Positions 41,845-51,327 of a DNA stretch of 64,000 nt are shown here, piece after piece (position 1 is the stretch's first letter; each line of letters begins with the position of its first letter). The stretch lies in assembly GCA_026387175.1 (NCBI GenBank), contig JAPLME010000008.1, forward strand, positions 149,883-213,882, in the 5' to 3' direction. Made by a program: the position numbers and the translations under genes. Under the pieces are notes generated by a model. The model did no database searches. It saw only the letters and a program-made list of their open reading frames with translations, and was not told the DNA's origin. Source of the DNA: Candidatus Omnitrophota bacterium (GTDB lineage Bacteria > Omnitrophota > Gorgyraeia > 2-01-FULL-45-10).

Positions 41845-43452
41845 ATGGCTGAAAAACATGTAGTGGACGACGCAGAAAAAAGTACGGAAGGAGGGATGAG
41901 CGATTTCGCGAAGCTCTATCAGGACAGCATCATTGACATTAAAGAAGGGCAGATCCTGAAGGGCAAGATAATCGGCATAAATCCGAAAGATGTGGTAGTC
42001 GACGTCGGTTATAAGTCAGAAGGCGCTATACCACTGTCAGAATTTACCGATCCTGAGTCCCTGAAGATCGGAGATGAGATCGACGTATATCTAGAGTCCA
42101 AAGAGGACGAAAATGGTATGGTCGTTCTCTCGAAGCAGAAGGCGGAAAGGGCCGTCGGCTGGGAGATGGTCATATCGAAGTACGGTGAGGGCGACATAGT
42201 CGATGGAAAGGTTTCAAAGAAGGTCAAGGGCGGCTTCATGGTCAACGTCGGAGTTGAAGCGTTCCTGCCGGCTAGCCTTGCCGGTTCGAAGACCTTTGGA
42301 AATCTCAATCAGCTCATCGGACAGGTATTCACATTCAAGATCGTCAAGATAAATAAAGCAAGACGCAACATAGTGGTATCCCGTAAAGACGCTATTAGCC
42401 AGCAGAGGGAAGAAGATAAGAAGAAACTCTTTGAGACCCTCCAGAAAGGCGCGGTCGTATCCGGTATCGTGCGCAATATCACGGATTTCGGAGCTTTCGT
42501 TGAGCTTGAAGGAGGTATTATAGGGCTATTGCATATAACGGATATGAGCTGGGGAAGAATTTCACATCCCAGCGAGATCCTGGCTATAGGCGATAAGATA
42601 GATGTCATGGTCCTGGATTTTGATACTGTCAGCGGGAAGATATCGCTGGGGCTTAAGCAGAGGACACAGAGCCCGTGGGAAGCGGTTGACGCGAAATACG
42701 CTGTCGGCAGCAAGCTCAAGGGGACGGTTGTTAACCTGGTCCCTTACGGCGCGTTCATCGAACTCGAGAAAGGCGTTGAAGGGCTGCTCCACATATCCGA
42801 ACTCTCGTGGACTAAGAAGTATGCCAATCCGAATGAGCTTCTCGCGATCGGCGACAGGATAGAGGTGCAGGTCCTCGATGTCGACAGGCAGAATAAAAAG
42901 ATATCTCTTGGTTTGAAGCAGCTCGAGGCTAACCCATGGCTTGAGGTCGATAAGAAGTACACAGTCGGCCAGAAAGTCAAGGGCAAGGTGCGCAATCTTA
43001 CGGACTATGGCGCGTTCATAGAGCTCGAGGATGGGATAGACGGATTGGTGCATGTTTCGGACATATCATGGACGAAGCGTATTGGGCACCCGAAGGATGT
43101 TTTCAGTAAGGGAGAGAAGTTAGAGGCTGTGGTCCTCGCGGTAGATTCTGTAAATAGAAGGATATCGTTGGGAATAAAACAGCTCACTCCGGATCCGTGG
43201 GATGAGATAGCCGTGAAATATCCCCCGGAAACCGTGATGGACGGTAAAGTCACGAAGGTCGCGAATTTCGGATTATTTGTGGAGATAGCCAGTGACCTGG
43301 AAGGCCTGGTCCACATTTCTGAAATAACGCTTGGCGAGGGCGAAAAGCTTGAGACCAAGTTCAATGTAGGTGATGGTGTTAAGGTCAAAGTGCTGAAGGT
43401 GGATTCGCTGCAGCATAAGATAGCGCTGAGCCTTAAAGCGGTTGCCGGATAA
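41845..43452 (+). CDS. rpsA: 30S ribosomal protein S1
   Basis: Repeated S1 domains (FGAFV...GLLHI.D.SW...ISLG.KQ). Confidence 0.96.
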   Translation: MAEKHVVDDAEKSTEGGMSDFAKLYQDSIIDIKEGQILKGKIIGINPKDVVVDVGYKSEGAIPLSEFTDPESLKIGDEIDVYLESKEDENGMVVLSKQKAERAVGWEMVISKYGEGDIVDGKVSKKVKGGFMVNVGVEAFLPASLAGSKTFGNLNQLIGQVFTFKIVKINKARRNIVVSRKDAISQQREEDKKKLFETLQKGAVVSGIVRNITDFGAFVELEGGIIGLLHITDMSWGRISHPSEILAIGDKIDVMVLDFDTVSGKISLGLKQRTQSPWEAVDAKYAVGSKLKGTVVNLVPYGAFIELEKGVEGLLHISELSWTKKYANPNELLAIGDRIEVQVLDVDRQNKKISLGLKQLEANPWLEVDKKYTVGQKVKGKVRNLTDYGAFIELEDGIDGLVHVSDISWTKRIGHPKDVFSKGEKLEAVVLAVDSVNRRISLGIKQLTPDPWDEIAVKYPPETVMDGKVTKVANFGLFVEIASDLEGLVHISEITLGEGEKLETKFNVGDGVKVKVLKVDSLQHKIALSLKAVAG

Positions 43453-43476
43453 TCGGTAACAGCGGACGAATAATAG

Positions 43477-43515
43477 ATAAGGGGCCGTGATAATTGTCAC
43501 GGCCCCTTATTTTAT
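43477..43515. terminator. Intrinsic terminator between convergent genes
   Basis: Perfect 14-bp stem ATAAGGGGCCGTGA/TCACGGCCCCTTAT with T-rich 3' flank. Confidence 0.85.
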
Positions 43516-44039
43516 TTCCGATCGAAGAACGGATTCTTGCCGGTAACGCTTAAGGGAATACCGAGCGCCTGTTTTACGGCGCCGGAGAATAGCTTCAGGT
43601 CGAGCGCAGCCCTGCCGATCGAATACATCAGGCGGTTATCTATATGGAACCGGCTTGCCAGACTTGCGGAGGAGCTTACCGCTATGCCGAGATCTATCGA
43701 ATTGTAGGCGCAGATGCCTTTGGTTTTTGAGAGTTCGCCGCATGTCGGGTAACCGCAAAATCCGCAATCCAGCCCCGCGGGGTTTGCTCTGACGCCGATG
43801 ATTACCAGAGCAGGGGAGGCCGCGATAGAATTCGCGTCGCGTTCGAGGCTGGGCCTATTCTCGGTTTTCGATATTTCTTTCATTTTGTTTATCAGTTTCG
43901 TCTTCGTCGTGTCGTCATCAATGATCATTATTTCAATATTGTCTATGCCCCTGGTCTTAGGAGAGGTCCTTGCCGCGGCCGTCATAAGGGCCGCAACATG
44001 CGACGCGGCTTCTCTCTCCGCCTGATCCGATCTTTTCAT
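43512..44039 (-). CDS. DUF2148-like ferredoxin-domain protein
   Basis: ARTSPKTRG.D, CGFCGYPTC, DLGIAV, DNRLMYSIG, KNPFFDR. Confidence 0.8.
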   Translation of the reverse strand: MKRSDQAEREAASHVAALMTAAARTSPKTRGIDNIEIMIIDDDTTKTKLINKMKEISKTENRPSLERDANSIAASPALVIIGVRANPAGLDCGFCGYPTCGELSKTKGICAYNSIDLGIAVSSSASLASRFHIDNRLMYSIGRAALDLKLFSGAVKQALGIPLSVTGKNPFFDRK

Positions 44040-44065
44040 TTGGCACCCCTTTCGTAATAAAAAAT

Positions 44066-45640
44066 TTAAATTCCATTACGCGACGCAAGTATCGCGTTTG
44101 ATATATCGGAGCTCCTTAGAACTCGCAGATCATATTTTTTTATGATCTCCTTGTCAGGCTCGAGCAGATAGTAGAAATCATATATTCCGTCAGGGCCCTG
44201 CCGGGTCGTGAAATCGATCCAGTACGTCTTATCCTTTATTATATAGTAGTTCGTTGCGGGTTCAAAAAGCCAGTTGATGCCTATCCTGTATTTATTTCCT
44301 CCGGGTATATTATTTTTTGTCAGGTCGTAGATCTTCCGCATGACGTTCTTTGTGTCGGCATCATATTTCCATATGTGAAAATGGGTGATATTCATACATA
44401 AAATTCCGTGCAGGACCGCTGCTGAAATAATTACAAAAAAGAACCCGTTCATTATCGCCCTCCAAGCGCTATGGGCGGAGGAAGAGAGAGAGGACCAAAA
44501 AGATATCACGAGCACTAAATAGAGCGGGACCAGGTATATGGCCGCTCTATCAATAGCGTATTTTATATGGAAGAATGTAAATTGAATATTCATCGAAACG
44601 ATTATCAGCAACAGGAGCATCGCGAGCCATAATGTATTCGTGTTATTCTTGTTACCTGGGCGCCCATTGATACCTATCGATATCGCGACGATGAGAGCTA
44701 TGACATATAGCATAAATATGATGATTTTTATGACATGCAGCGCTTCCGGCCCTGCATAGCTTTTACCGTAGAGGACGCACTCCAGGACTGTGGTCACAGT
44801 GTTTGCCCAGAAGCCTGTTGTGCCGCCATAATCTGTGATAAAAAGCTTGATCCTGTCCATGACGGGAGCGCTGTAAATAAAACGCAATACTATCAGGATG
44901 CACGCGGCTGGAATCAGGAATCCCATGGCCAGTGTTTTGAAGGCTTTGACCATGGAGTTTTTCGCCGCGCGAATCATTTCATATATTTCGGATATGCCGA
45001 TTAACGCCATTATCGCGAATAGGACATTCGCAAAAGCCAGGTTTGATAACACGGAAAACCCGAGCATGGACAGGGTTAAGATATTGCAGCGAGGACGCAG
45101 GCTATCGCAAGCGTAATTTCTTTTCAAGAAAAAGTATAGGCCGAACATCAGGAAGCCGACCCCCAGAGCGTATCCCCTGGCGCAGGAAAAGAAGTCCAGT
45201 AAAAACGGGTTTGTCGTCAGCAGCAAAAATCCGAGCAGGTACTTGGCTTTTTTAAAAAAAAGGTCAAGTATTTTGAGAGACGCGACCAGGTAAAGGATAT
45301 GTCCGATCAGCGCCGGGATCCTGATAACAAATTCATTGTTCCCGAGCACTTCGCAGAAGAATTTAATGAATAACGTATTGAGCAGATGATTATTCGAACT
45401 GATAGCTCCCGCGTGTAAGAATATGTTTCGTATGCTTCCCTGCGCATGAATGAGATAGGTGAGCGCTTCATCGTGGCTTATCGATATGACGCCTGCTCGA
45501 AAGCATGTATAGCAGAAAAGCGCGCAGGCAATTATGAATGCCGTGAATTGATACCGGTCGGCGTTGTACCAAGGGCCGGGCCGGATGCCGGACATAGATT
45601 CATCTACGGTTTTTTGTACGGCGTGTTTCTTTCTTTTCAT
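44066..45640 (-). CDS. Multi-pass membrane glycosyltransferase-like protein (GT-C fold, ArnT/PMT-like)
   Basis: HDEA acidic pair after the first TM helix, RIP, ARGY motif, many TM helices. Confidence 0.7.
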   Translation of the reverse strand: MKRKKHAVQKTVDESMSGIRPGPWYNADRYQFTAFIIACALFCYTCFRAGVISISHDEALTYLIHAQGSIRNIFLHAGAISSNNHLLNTLFIKFFCEVLGNNEFVIRIPALIGHILYLVASLKILDLFFKKAKYLLGFLLLTTNPFLLDFFSCARGYALGVGFLMFGLYFFLKRNYACDSLRPRCNILTLSMLGFSVLSNLAFANVLFAIMALIGISEIYEMIRAAKNSMVKAFKTLAMGFLIPAACILIVLRFIYSAPVMDRIKLFITDYGGTTGFWANTVTTVLECVLYGKSYAGPEALHVIKIIIFMLYVIALIVAISIGINGRPGNKNNTNTLWLAMLLLLIIVSMNIQFTFFHIKYAIDRAAIYLVPLYLVLVISFWSSLSSSAHSAWRAIMNGFFFVIISAAVLHGILCMNITHFHIWKYDADTKNVMRKIYDLTKNNIPGGNKYRIGINWLFEPATNYYIIKDKTYWIDFTTRQGPDGIYDFYYLLEPDKEIIKKYDLRVLRSSDISNAILASRNGI

Positions 45641-47075
45641 CTTTCCCTTCTAATATAGGATGTATGATCTCTCCCGGCGGCGAGACCATCATGAAGTAGA
45701 TAAAAATAATAGTCGGCCATAGCTGCAGGACCAGGCGGTTTAAGGTGGTGCCTATATGCCACTTGAGATCGTATGGGCTAGTAAGATATATTGCGCAGTA
45801 ACCGGTAAGCATAATTAATACCGCGAGTATCGATATAAGAACCGCTGTCCGGTCTTCCTTTCTGATCGATATGCCGGCAAGGAATAAATATACTAAAAGG
45901 ACGGGGACCGCGCCTGTGAAGAGAAACCCGAGCCGGAAAAATTCGTTAGTGAACCCCGATATTATAAAGTAATACCTGGACGGGTCGGCCAGTTTTTCTG
46001 CCCAGTGCCCGGATATTTGGGCCGCCAGAATATCTTTGTTGGGCGGCGCCAGGAAGAGCTTGAAATATATGATAATTAAAAGGATAGGACTTGAGCCGGC
46101 GAGAAACGCCGCCATTTGCCGTAAGCTCCCGCGGATGCCGATGATCGGAACGGTCACGAAGATACGGGAAATAATGACTGCCGCTAAAAAGAACAGGCCC
46201 TCGTTTTTTGTCCAGGCTGCGAATGCCGTTATTAAGCCGGCGAGCACCAGGAATCCATTATTTTTGCCGGGCAGTCTCTCATTGAGGTATAAGATAACGA
46301 TACTCGCTAAGATAAAAAATGATAGCGGCACATCGGCGTATTGAGACGCTCCATGCAGGATGAATGACGGTGTGCCCAATAAGATGAAAGCGCCTAAGAG
46401 GCCCTGTTCTCTCCCCCGCAAGAGGGAGAGCGACGATTTCAATAGCCCGATAGTGGCAAATGTGAAGACCAGCGCGATAGCGGCCGGTGCGAGAGTCTGA
46501 CATTTACCCATATAGGCCCAGCTCCTGGCTATCATACCTGGCAGCAGAAGAGGGTAATCCGGGTTTGTCCAGCTTATGACATTGGTAAAGGCATCTTTCC
46601 AGGCGGCCAGTCCACGGAAAATGAACCGTGCCCTCATGTTCCATATGGCCCATGCGTCCCATCCACCATGCGGCTGGCAAGCCGATTTTGATATGAAGGA
46701 AGATATCGCGAATGCGGTTGCGCACAAAAACGCCGCTGTTAGAACATAATAGACCCTATTGGAAAAGATCTGGTTTTCGGCCCTCCGCAGCATCAGGCAT
46801 TCTTGAGCCTCCTGTTTTAACGCGCCGAATAATACCGCTCCCAGCGCGGCGCACAGCAGCAGTTCCGCGATTACGAACGACGCAAAACCAAACCGGTAAG
46901 CGCTCATAACGAGCCATAAAAAGAATAGGGATGAGGATATTCCTATTCCTATGCCTACCGCAAGGGCTAGCTTGAGAGACAGGTTAGTTATCAGCGGTTT
47001 TCGGCAGGGCCAGGCGATGAATACCAGCAGAAGCCCCATTGCCAGCGATATTATTAGTGACGCAAAAAGTATCAT
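45600..47075 (-). CDS. Multi-pass membrane glycosyltransferase-like protein (GT39-like)
   Basis: WDAWAIW, DYPLL, YADVPL, TKNEG motifs, many TM helices. Confidence 0.7.
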   Translation of the reverse strand: MILFASLIISLAMGLLLVFIAWPCRKPLITNLSLKLALAVGIGIGISSSLFFLWLVMSAYRFGFASFVIAELLLCAALGAVLFGALKQEAQECLMLRRAENQIFSNRVYYVLTAAFLCATAFAISSFISKSACQPHGGWDAWAIWNMRARFIFRGLAAWKDAFTNVISWTNPDYPLLLPGMIARSWAYMGKCQTLAPAAIALVFTFATIGLLKSSLSLLRGREQGLLGAFILLGTPSFILHGASQYADVPLSFFILASIVILYLNERLPGKNNGFLVLAGLITAFAAWTKNEGLFFLAAVIISRIFVTVPIIGIRGSLRQMAAFLAGSSPILLIIIYFKLFLAPPNKDILAAQISGHWAEKLADPSRYYFIISGFTNEFFRLGFLFTGAVPVLLVYLFLAGISIRKEDRTAVLISILAVLIMLTGYCAIYLTSPYDLKWHIGTTLNRLVLQLWPTIIFIYFMMVSPPGEIIHPILEGKDEKKETRRTKNRR

Positions 47076-47509
47076 GAGGGCGCATCCTCATTACGTAACA
47101 AAAAGACGCCGTTTCCGGCATTCATGATAACGCTGAATCTGCCATATGCGCTTATATCTGGAAGCGCGGAGGAGTGAAAATTGCCTATCACGATACCTCT
47201 GCGGGGATTATTATCAACTACGACCGGAGCGACGGCATACTGTGTCAGATAATATTCCGCCTGAAGATTGCCGTAAGCCATGACGGCTTCCGGGGGAGCT
47301 TCCGTAATATACCCTACTGCGCCCCGGGCCGGTAACGCCGCCCTGACCGCGGCAAAGCGTTCTTCGTATTGAGTGATTTGATCGCGAGGGCCTGTATTAA
47401 TCCGCTCGTTTCCGGTTTTTGTGAACAACTCGGCGCAGGTAATAAGAGAGAGGATGATAATGATAAAAATTCCGGCTTTAAGTGGCGCGAACCTCATTGT
47501 ATATCCCAT
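47072..47509 (-). CDS. Hypothetical membrane-anchored protein
   Basis: N-terminal hydrophobic helix; 4-bp overlap with the downstream GT gene. Confidence 0.65.
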   Translation of the reverse strand: MGYTMRFAPLKAGIFIIIILSLITCAELFTKTGNERINTGPRDQITQYEERFAAVRAALPARGAVGYITEAPPEAVMAYGNLQAEYYLTQYAVAPVVVDNNPRRGIVIGNFHSSALPDISAYGRFSVIMNAGNGVFLLRNEDAPS

Positions 47510-47609
47510 GTTTTATTATAATATACACCATAGCCCATTAAAGTGAAAATAAAATCTTTACATTTCTGGAACAGTATGTTAATATAAGCGAAAAGTGAGG
47601 TATTGAACA

Positions 47610-47879
47610 ATGGCTTTAGTGAAGGAAAAGAAGACGAGTATAATTAACACTTTCAAGACAAATGAGAAGGATACCGGTTCGCCGAGCGTCCAGATCGCGC
47701 TTTTAACCGAAAGGATCAACTCTCTTTCGTCGCATTTTAAGGCGCACAAGCATGATCACCACTCCAGGCATGGGTTGCTTCGCATGGTGAGTGTGAGAAG
47801 AAGACTGCTTGATTATCTGAAGAAAAAAGACGATCAGGAATACCACGACCTTATCAAGAAGCTGGATCTAAGAAAGTAG
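47610..47879 (+). CDS. rpsO: 30S ribosomal protein S15
   Basis: [28 protein letters not shown]. Confidence 0.97.
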   Translation: MALVKEKKTSIINTFKTNEKDTGSPSVQIALLTERINSLSSHFKAHKHDHHSRHGLLRMVSVRRRLLDYLKKKDDQEYHDLIKKLDLRK

Positions 47880-47964
47880 ATATTGGCGCCCCCGGGCGCT
47901 CACCGTGCGTACGAACCGATAGTAAAAGTGTTCGCGCATTTTTTATTGTATAAAAAAGGAACGT

Positions 47965-50076
47965 ATGACTAAAAAATTTGAGACAAAATTAGGCAGGGAA
48001 ACTTTAATTATAGAGACCGGCAGGATGGCAAAGCAGGCGGACGGCGCATGCATGGTTCAGCTCGGCGGAACGGTAGTGCTGGCGACGGCTGTATCTTCCA
48101 TGGAACCCAGAGAAGATGTCGACTTTTTCCCGCTCACGGTAGAATACCAGGAAAAGACCTACGCCGCGGGCAAGATTCCGGGAGGCTTTTTTAAGCGGGA
48201 AGGCAGGCCAAGCGAGAAAGCGATATTGACGTGCCGTTTGATAGACAGGCCCATAAGGCCGTTATTCCCTAAAGGCTACGTCAATGAAACTCAAGTCGTT
48301 ACTATGGTCTTATCCAGCGATGGAGAGAATGATTCCGATATATTGGCAATGATAGGCGCATCGACGGCTCTTACGATATCGGATATACCGTTCAATGAAC
48401 CGATAGGCGCAGTGCGGGTCGGGAGGATAGATGGTAAATTCATCATCAATCCGACATTCGAAGAGCTTGAGACCAGCGATCTCGATATAATAGTGGCGGG
48501 AACGCGCTCCAGCGTAATAATGATAGAAGCCGGAGCCAAGGAGCTGAGCGAAGAGGTCATGGCAGATGCCATAGCTTTTGCGCATAAAGAGCTTCAGCCC
48601 ATTATAGATCTACAGGAAAAGATGGCGCGCGAACTTAAGACCAAGAAGAGGGAATACACTGTATCCAAAGTCGCGGATGAGCTATTAAAGAAGGTGAAAT
48701 CCGCTTCGGATGCAAAACTTGACGAGATCAATAAGCTTTCCACTAAGGAACAGAGAGAAGAAGCCATGAGCCTTCTTGCTAAAGAGCTTATAGCTAAATT
48801 CGTGACAGAGGATTCGGAATATAGCGGCGCGGATATTAAGAAAGCGCTCTCAGAGGTTGAGGAAGAGAATGTAAGGCGCTATATGGTAGAGAAGAAGAGA
48901 AGGGTCGACGGCAGGCGCTTCGACGAGGTACGGCAGATAACTTGCGAGGTAGGCGTATTGCCGAGAACTCACGGTTCCGGCCTCTTTACGCGCGGCCAGA
49001 CCCAGAGCCTATCAGTGACGACACTTGGAACGAGCGCCGATGAACAGACTATAGACGCGCTCGCGGGAGAGACGCAGAAGAACTTCATGCTGCATTATAA
49101 TTTTCCGCCGTTTTCGGTAGGAGAGGCAAAGCCCATGAGAGGCCCGGGCCGAAGAGAGATAGGGCACGGCGCTTTGGCTGAAAGAGCGTTAAAAGCCGTA
49201 ATGCCTTCTAAGGACGCGTTCCCTTACACCGTGAGAGTGGTCTCCGATATTCTGGAGTCGAACGGCTCTTCAAGCATGGCCACTGTGTGCGCGGGCACTT
49301 TGTCGCTGATGGATGCCGGAGTTCCGATATCGAAGCCTGTCAGCGGTATTGCGATGGGGCTTATTAAAGAAGGCAGCCATGAAATAGTACTGACCGATAT
49401 AGGCGGAGTCGAGGATCATTACGGCGATATGGATTTCAAGGTGGCAGGGACCGTCGACGGCATCACCGCGGTCCAGATGGACCTTAAGATACAGGGTATA
49501 TCGGTAGAGCTCATTAAAAAAGCTTTTGCCGATGCCAAGGTCGCGAGGCTGTTCATAATGGATAAGATGCTTAAATCTATAGCCAAGCCCAAAGAGAAGA
49601 TATCCGACCTCGCCCCACATATAGTGAGCATAAAACTGCCTCAGGGCAAGATAGGCGAAGTCATCGGTCCGGGTGGTAAGAATATAAAGAAGATAATCCA
49701 GGAGACCGGGGTTACGGTCGATATCGATGATGACGGTGTGTGCCAGGTGGCCTCTCAGGACGGCGCCGCTATAGATAAAGCCGTCGCGATCATCAGGGGA
49801 ATGATAGAGGAGCCCGAAGTGGGCAGAATTTACAAAGGCAAAATAAAGAGGATAATGAACTTTGGAGCGTTCTGCGAGATATTGCCGGGTAAAGAAGGCC
49901 TTATACATGTCTCTGAGCTTGCGGGTAAGTTCGTAAAGAACGTAGAAGATGTAGTCAAACTCGGGGATGAAGTCACCGTAAAAGTTATCGAAATAGACCA
50001 GCAGGGCCGGGTCAATCTTTCAAAGAAACAGGCTGAGCCCTCAGCTATCGAAACCGAAGATAAAGAAAAGAAGTAA
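47965..50076 (+). CDS. pnp: Polyribonucleotide nucleotidyltransferase
   Basis: FFPLTVEY, RREIGHG, ESNGSSSMA, DMDFKVAG, KH and S1 domains. Confidence 0.97.
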   Translation: MTKKFETKLGRETLIIETGRMAKQADGACMVQLGGTVVLATAVSSMEPREDVDFFPLTVEYQEKTYAAGKIPGGFFKREGRPSEKAILTCRLIDRPIRPLFPKGYVNETQVVTMVLSSDGENDSDILAMIGASTALTISDIPFNEPIGAVRVGRIDGKFIINPTFEELETSDLDIIVAGTRSSVIMIEAGAKELSEEVMADAIAFAHKELQPIIDLQEKMARELKTKKREYTVSKVADELLKKVKSASDAKLDEINKLSTKEQREEAMSLLAKELIAKFVTEDSEYSGADIKKALSEVEEENVRRYMVEKKRRVDGRRFDEVRQITCEVGVLPRTHGSGLFTRGQTQSLSVTTLGTSADEQTIDALAGETQKNFMLHYNFPPFSVGEAKPMRGPGRREIGHGALAERALKAVMPSKDAFPYTVRVVSDILESNGSSSMATVCAGTLSLMDAGVPISKPVSGIAMGLIKEGSHEIVLTDIGGVEDHYGDMDFKVAGTVDGITAVQMDLKIQGISVELIKKAFADAKVARLFIMDKMLKSIAKPKEKISDLAPHIVSIKLPQGKIGEVIGPGGKNIKKIIQETGVTVDIDDDGVCQVASQDGAAIDKAVAIIRGMIEEPEVGRIYKGKIKRIMNFGAFCEILPGKEGLIHVSELAGKFVKNVEDVVKLGDEVTVKVIEIDQQGRVNLSKKQAEPSAIETEDKEKK

Positions 50077-50086
50077 AAAGTTTTAC

Positions 50087-50557
50087 GTGCTGCCGGCACA
50101 GGGAAATTTGAAGCTAGTAAAAATCTCTCTCAAAAGAAAGAAGGGTTGCGAGGATCTTCCCGTTCCTGAATACGCGACTCGAGGGTCAAGCGGAATGGAC
50201 CTCTACGCGGACGTTGAGGGGGAGATTGTATTATTGCCAGGCGAGATCAAACTTATCTCGGCTGGCATTTATTTAAGTATCCCCGAAGGTTACGAAGCCG
50301 AGATTCGCCCTAGAAGCGGCCTGGCCCTGAAGCATGGCATAGGCCTTGTAAATGCTCCCGGCACCATAGATTCCGATTACAGGGGCCTGATAGGCCTTAT
50401 CATGATAAATCACGGTAAGAAACCTTTCGTTATAAAACGCCGCGACCGTATAGCGCAGATGGTGATTAAGGATATAGTAAGGGCTGATATAAAAGTGTGC
50501 GGAGAGCTTGACGAGACCGTAAGGTCGCACGGCGGGTTTGGCCACACCGGAAAGTAA
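50087..50557 (+). CDS. dut: dUTP diphosphatase
   Basis: GMDL, RPRSGLA, GTIDSDYRG, RSHGGFGHTG; exact start uncertain. Confidence 0.95.
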   Translation: MLPAQGNLKLVKISLKRKKGCEDLPVPEYATRGSSGMDLYADVEGEIVLLPGEIKLISAGIYLSIPEGYEAEIRPRSGLALKHGIGLVNAPGTIDSDYRGLIGLIMINHGKKPFVIKRRDRIAQMVIKDIVRADIKVCGELDETVRSHGGFGHTGK

Positions 50558-50559
50558 AA

Positions 50560-51324
50560 GTGACTTTGCCTCAGGCTGTTATATTGGGAGTGGTCCAGGG
50601 CATAACGGAATTCTTCCCCATATCGAGCTCGGGTCACCTTGTGATAATACAGGGCATCTTCGGCATAAAAGGGCCGCAGCTCGCCTTTGACATATTTCTG
50701 CATCTCGGCACGCTCGTTTCCATCCTTCTATATTTCCATAAAGATATATTGAATATAATAGCCAAAGAGAGACGCACGGCCTTCTATATAGTTCTTGCCT
50801 CGGTACCTACATTTGTGATAGGTATGATGTTCAAGGATGCCGCGGAAGAATTGTTTACCAGGCCTCATCTCGTCGGATACATGCTCCTGGCGACAGGGCT
50901 GTGTCTGATAATCGCGGCTATCTATGATAAGTTCAAGGGAGCCGAAAGCCCTAAGAAGATAGGATTTATTAATTCTATCATAATAGGTGTAAGCCAGGGC
51001 ATCGCCGTTATCCCCGGCATATCGCGATCGGGCGCGACGATCGGCGCCGGGATCTTATCCGGAATAGACAAAGAGACGGCGGTTAAATTCTCTTTTTTAC
51101 TTGCTATACCGGCGATACTCGGGGCTAGCCTTTTGAAGTGCGGTAAAATAGAGGCCGGTCTTGTATCGGGAGATTCTTTATATTTTCTGGCAGGCTCTAT
51201 GACGGCGATGGTCACAGGGCTTGCTTCCATAGGTATCCTGCTTAAGATGGTGAAGACGAATAAACTCTATATTTTCGGGATCTATTGTATCTTAGCCGCG
51301 TCTATCGTCATAACGCAACTATAA
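50560..51324 (+). CDS. uppP: Undecaprenyl-diphosphate phosphatase
   Basis: QGITEFFPISSSGH, PGISRSGATI. Confidence 0.95.
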   Translation: MTLPQAVILGVVQGITEFFPISSSGHLVIIQGIFGIKGPQLAFDIFLHLGTLVSILLYFHKDILNIIAKERRTAFYIVLASVPTFVIGMMFKDAAEELFTRPHLVGYMLLATGLCLIIAAIYDKFKGAESPKKIGFINSIIIGVSQGIAVIPGISRSGATIGAGILSGIDKETAVKFSFLLAIPAILGASLLKCGKIEAGLVSGDSLYFLAGSMTAMVTGLASIGILLKMVKTNKLYIFGIYCILAASIVITQL

Positions 51325-51327
51325 TAT

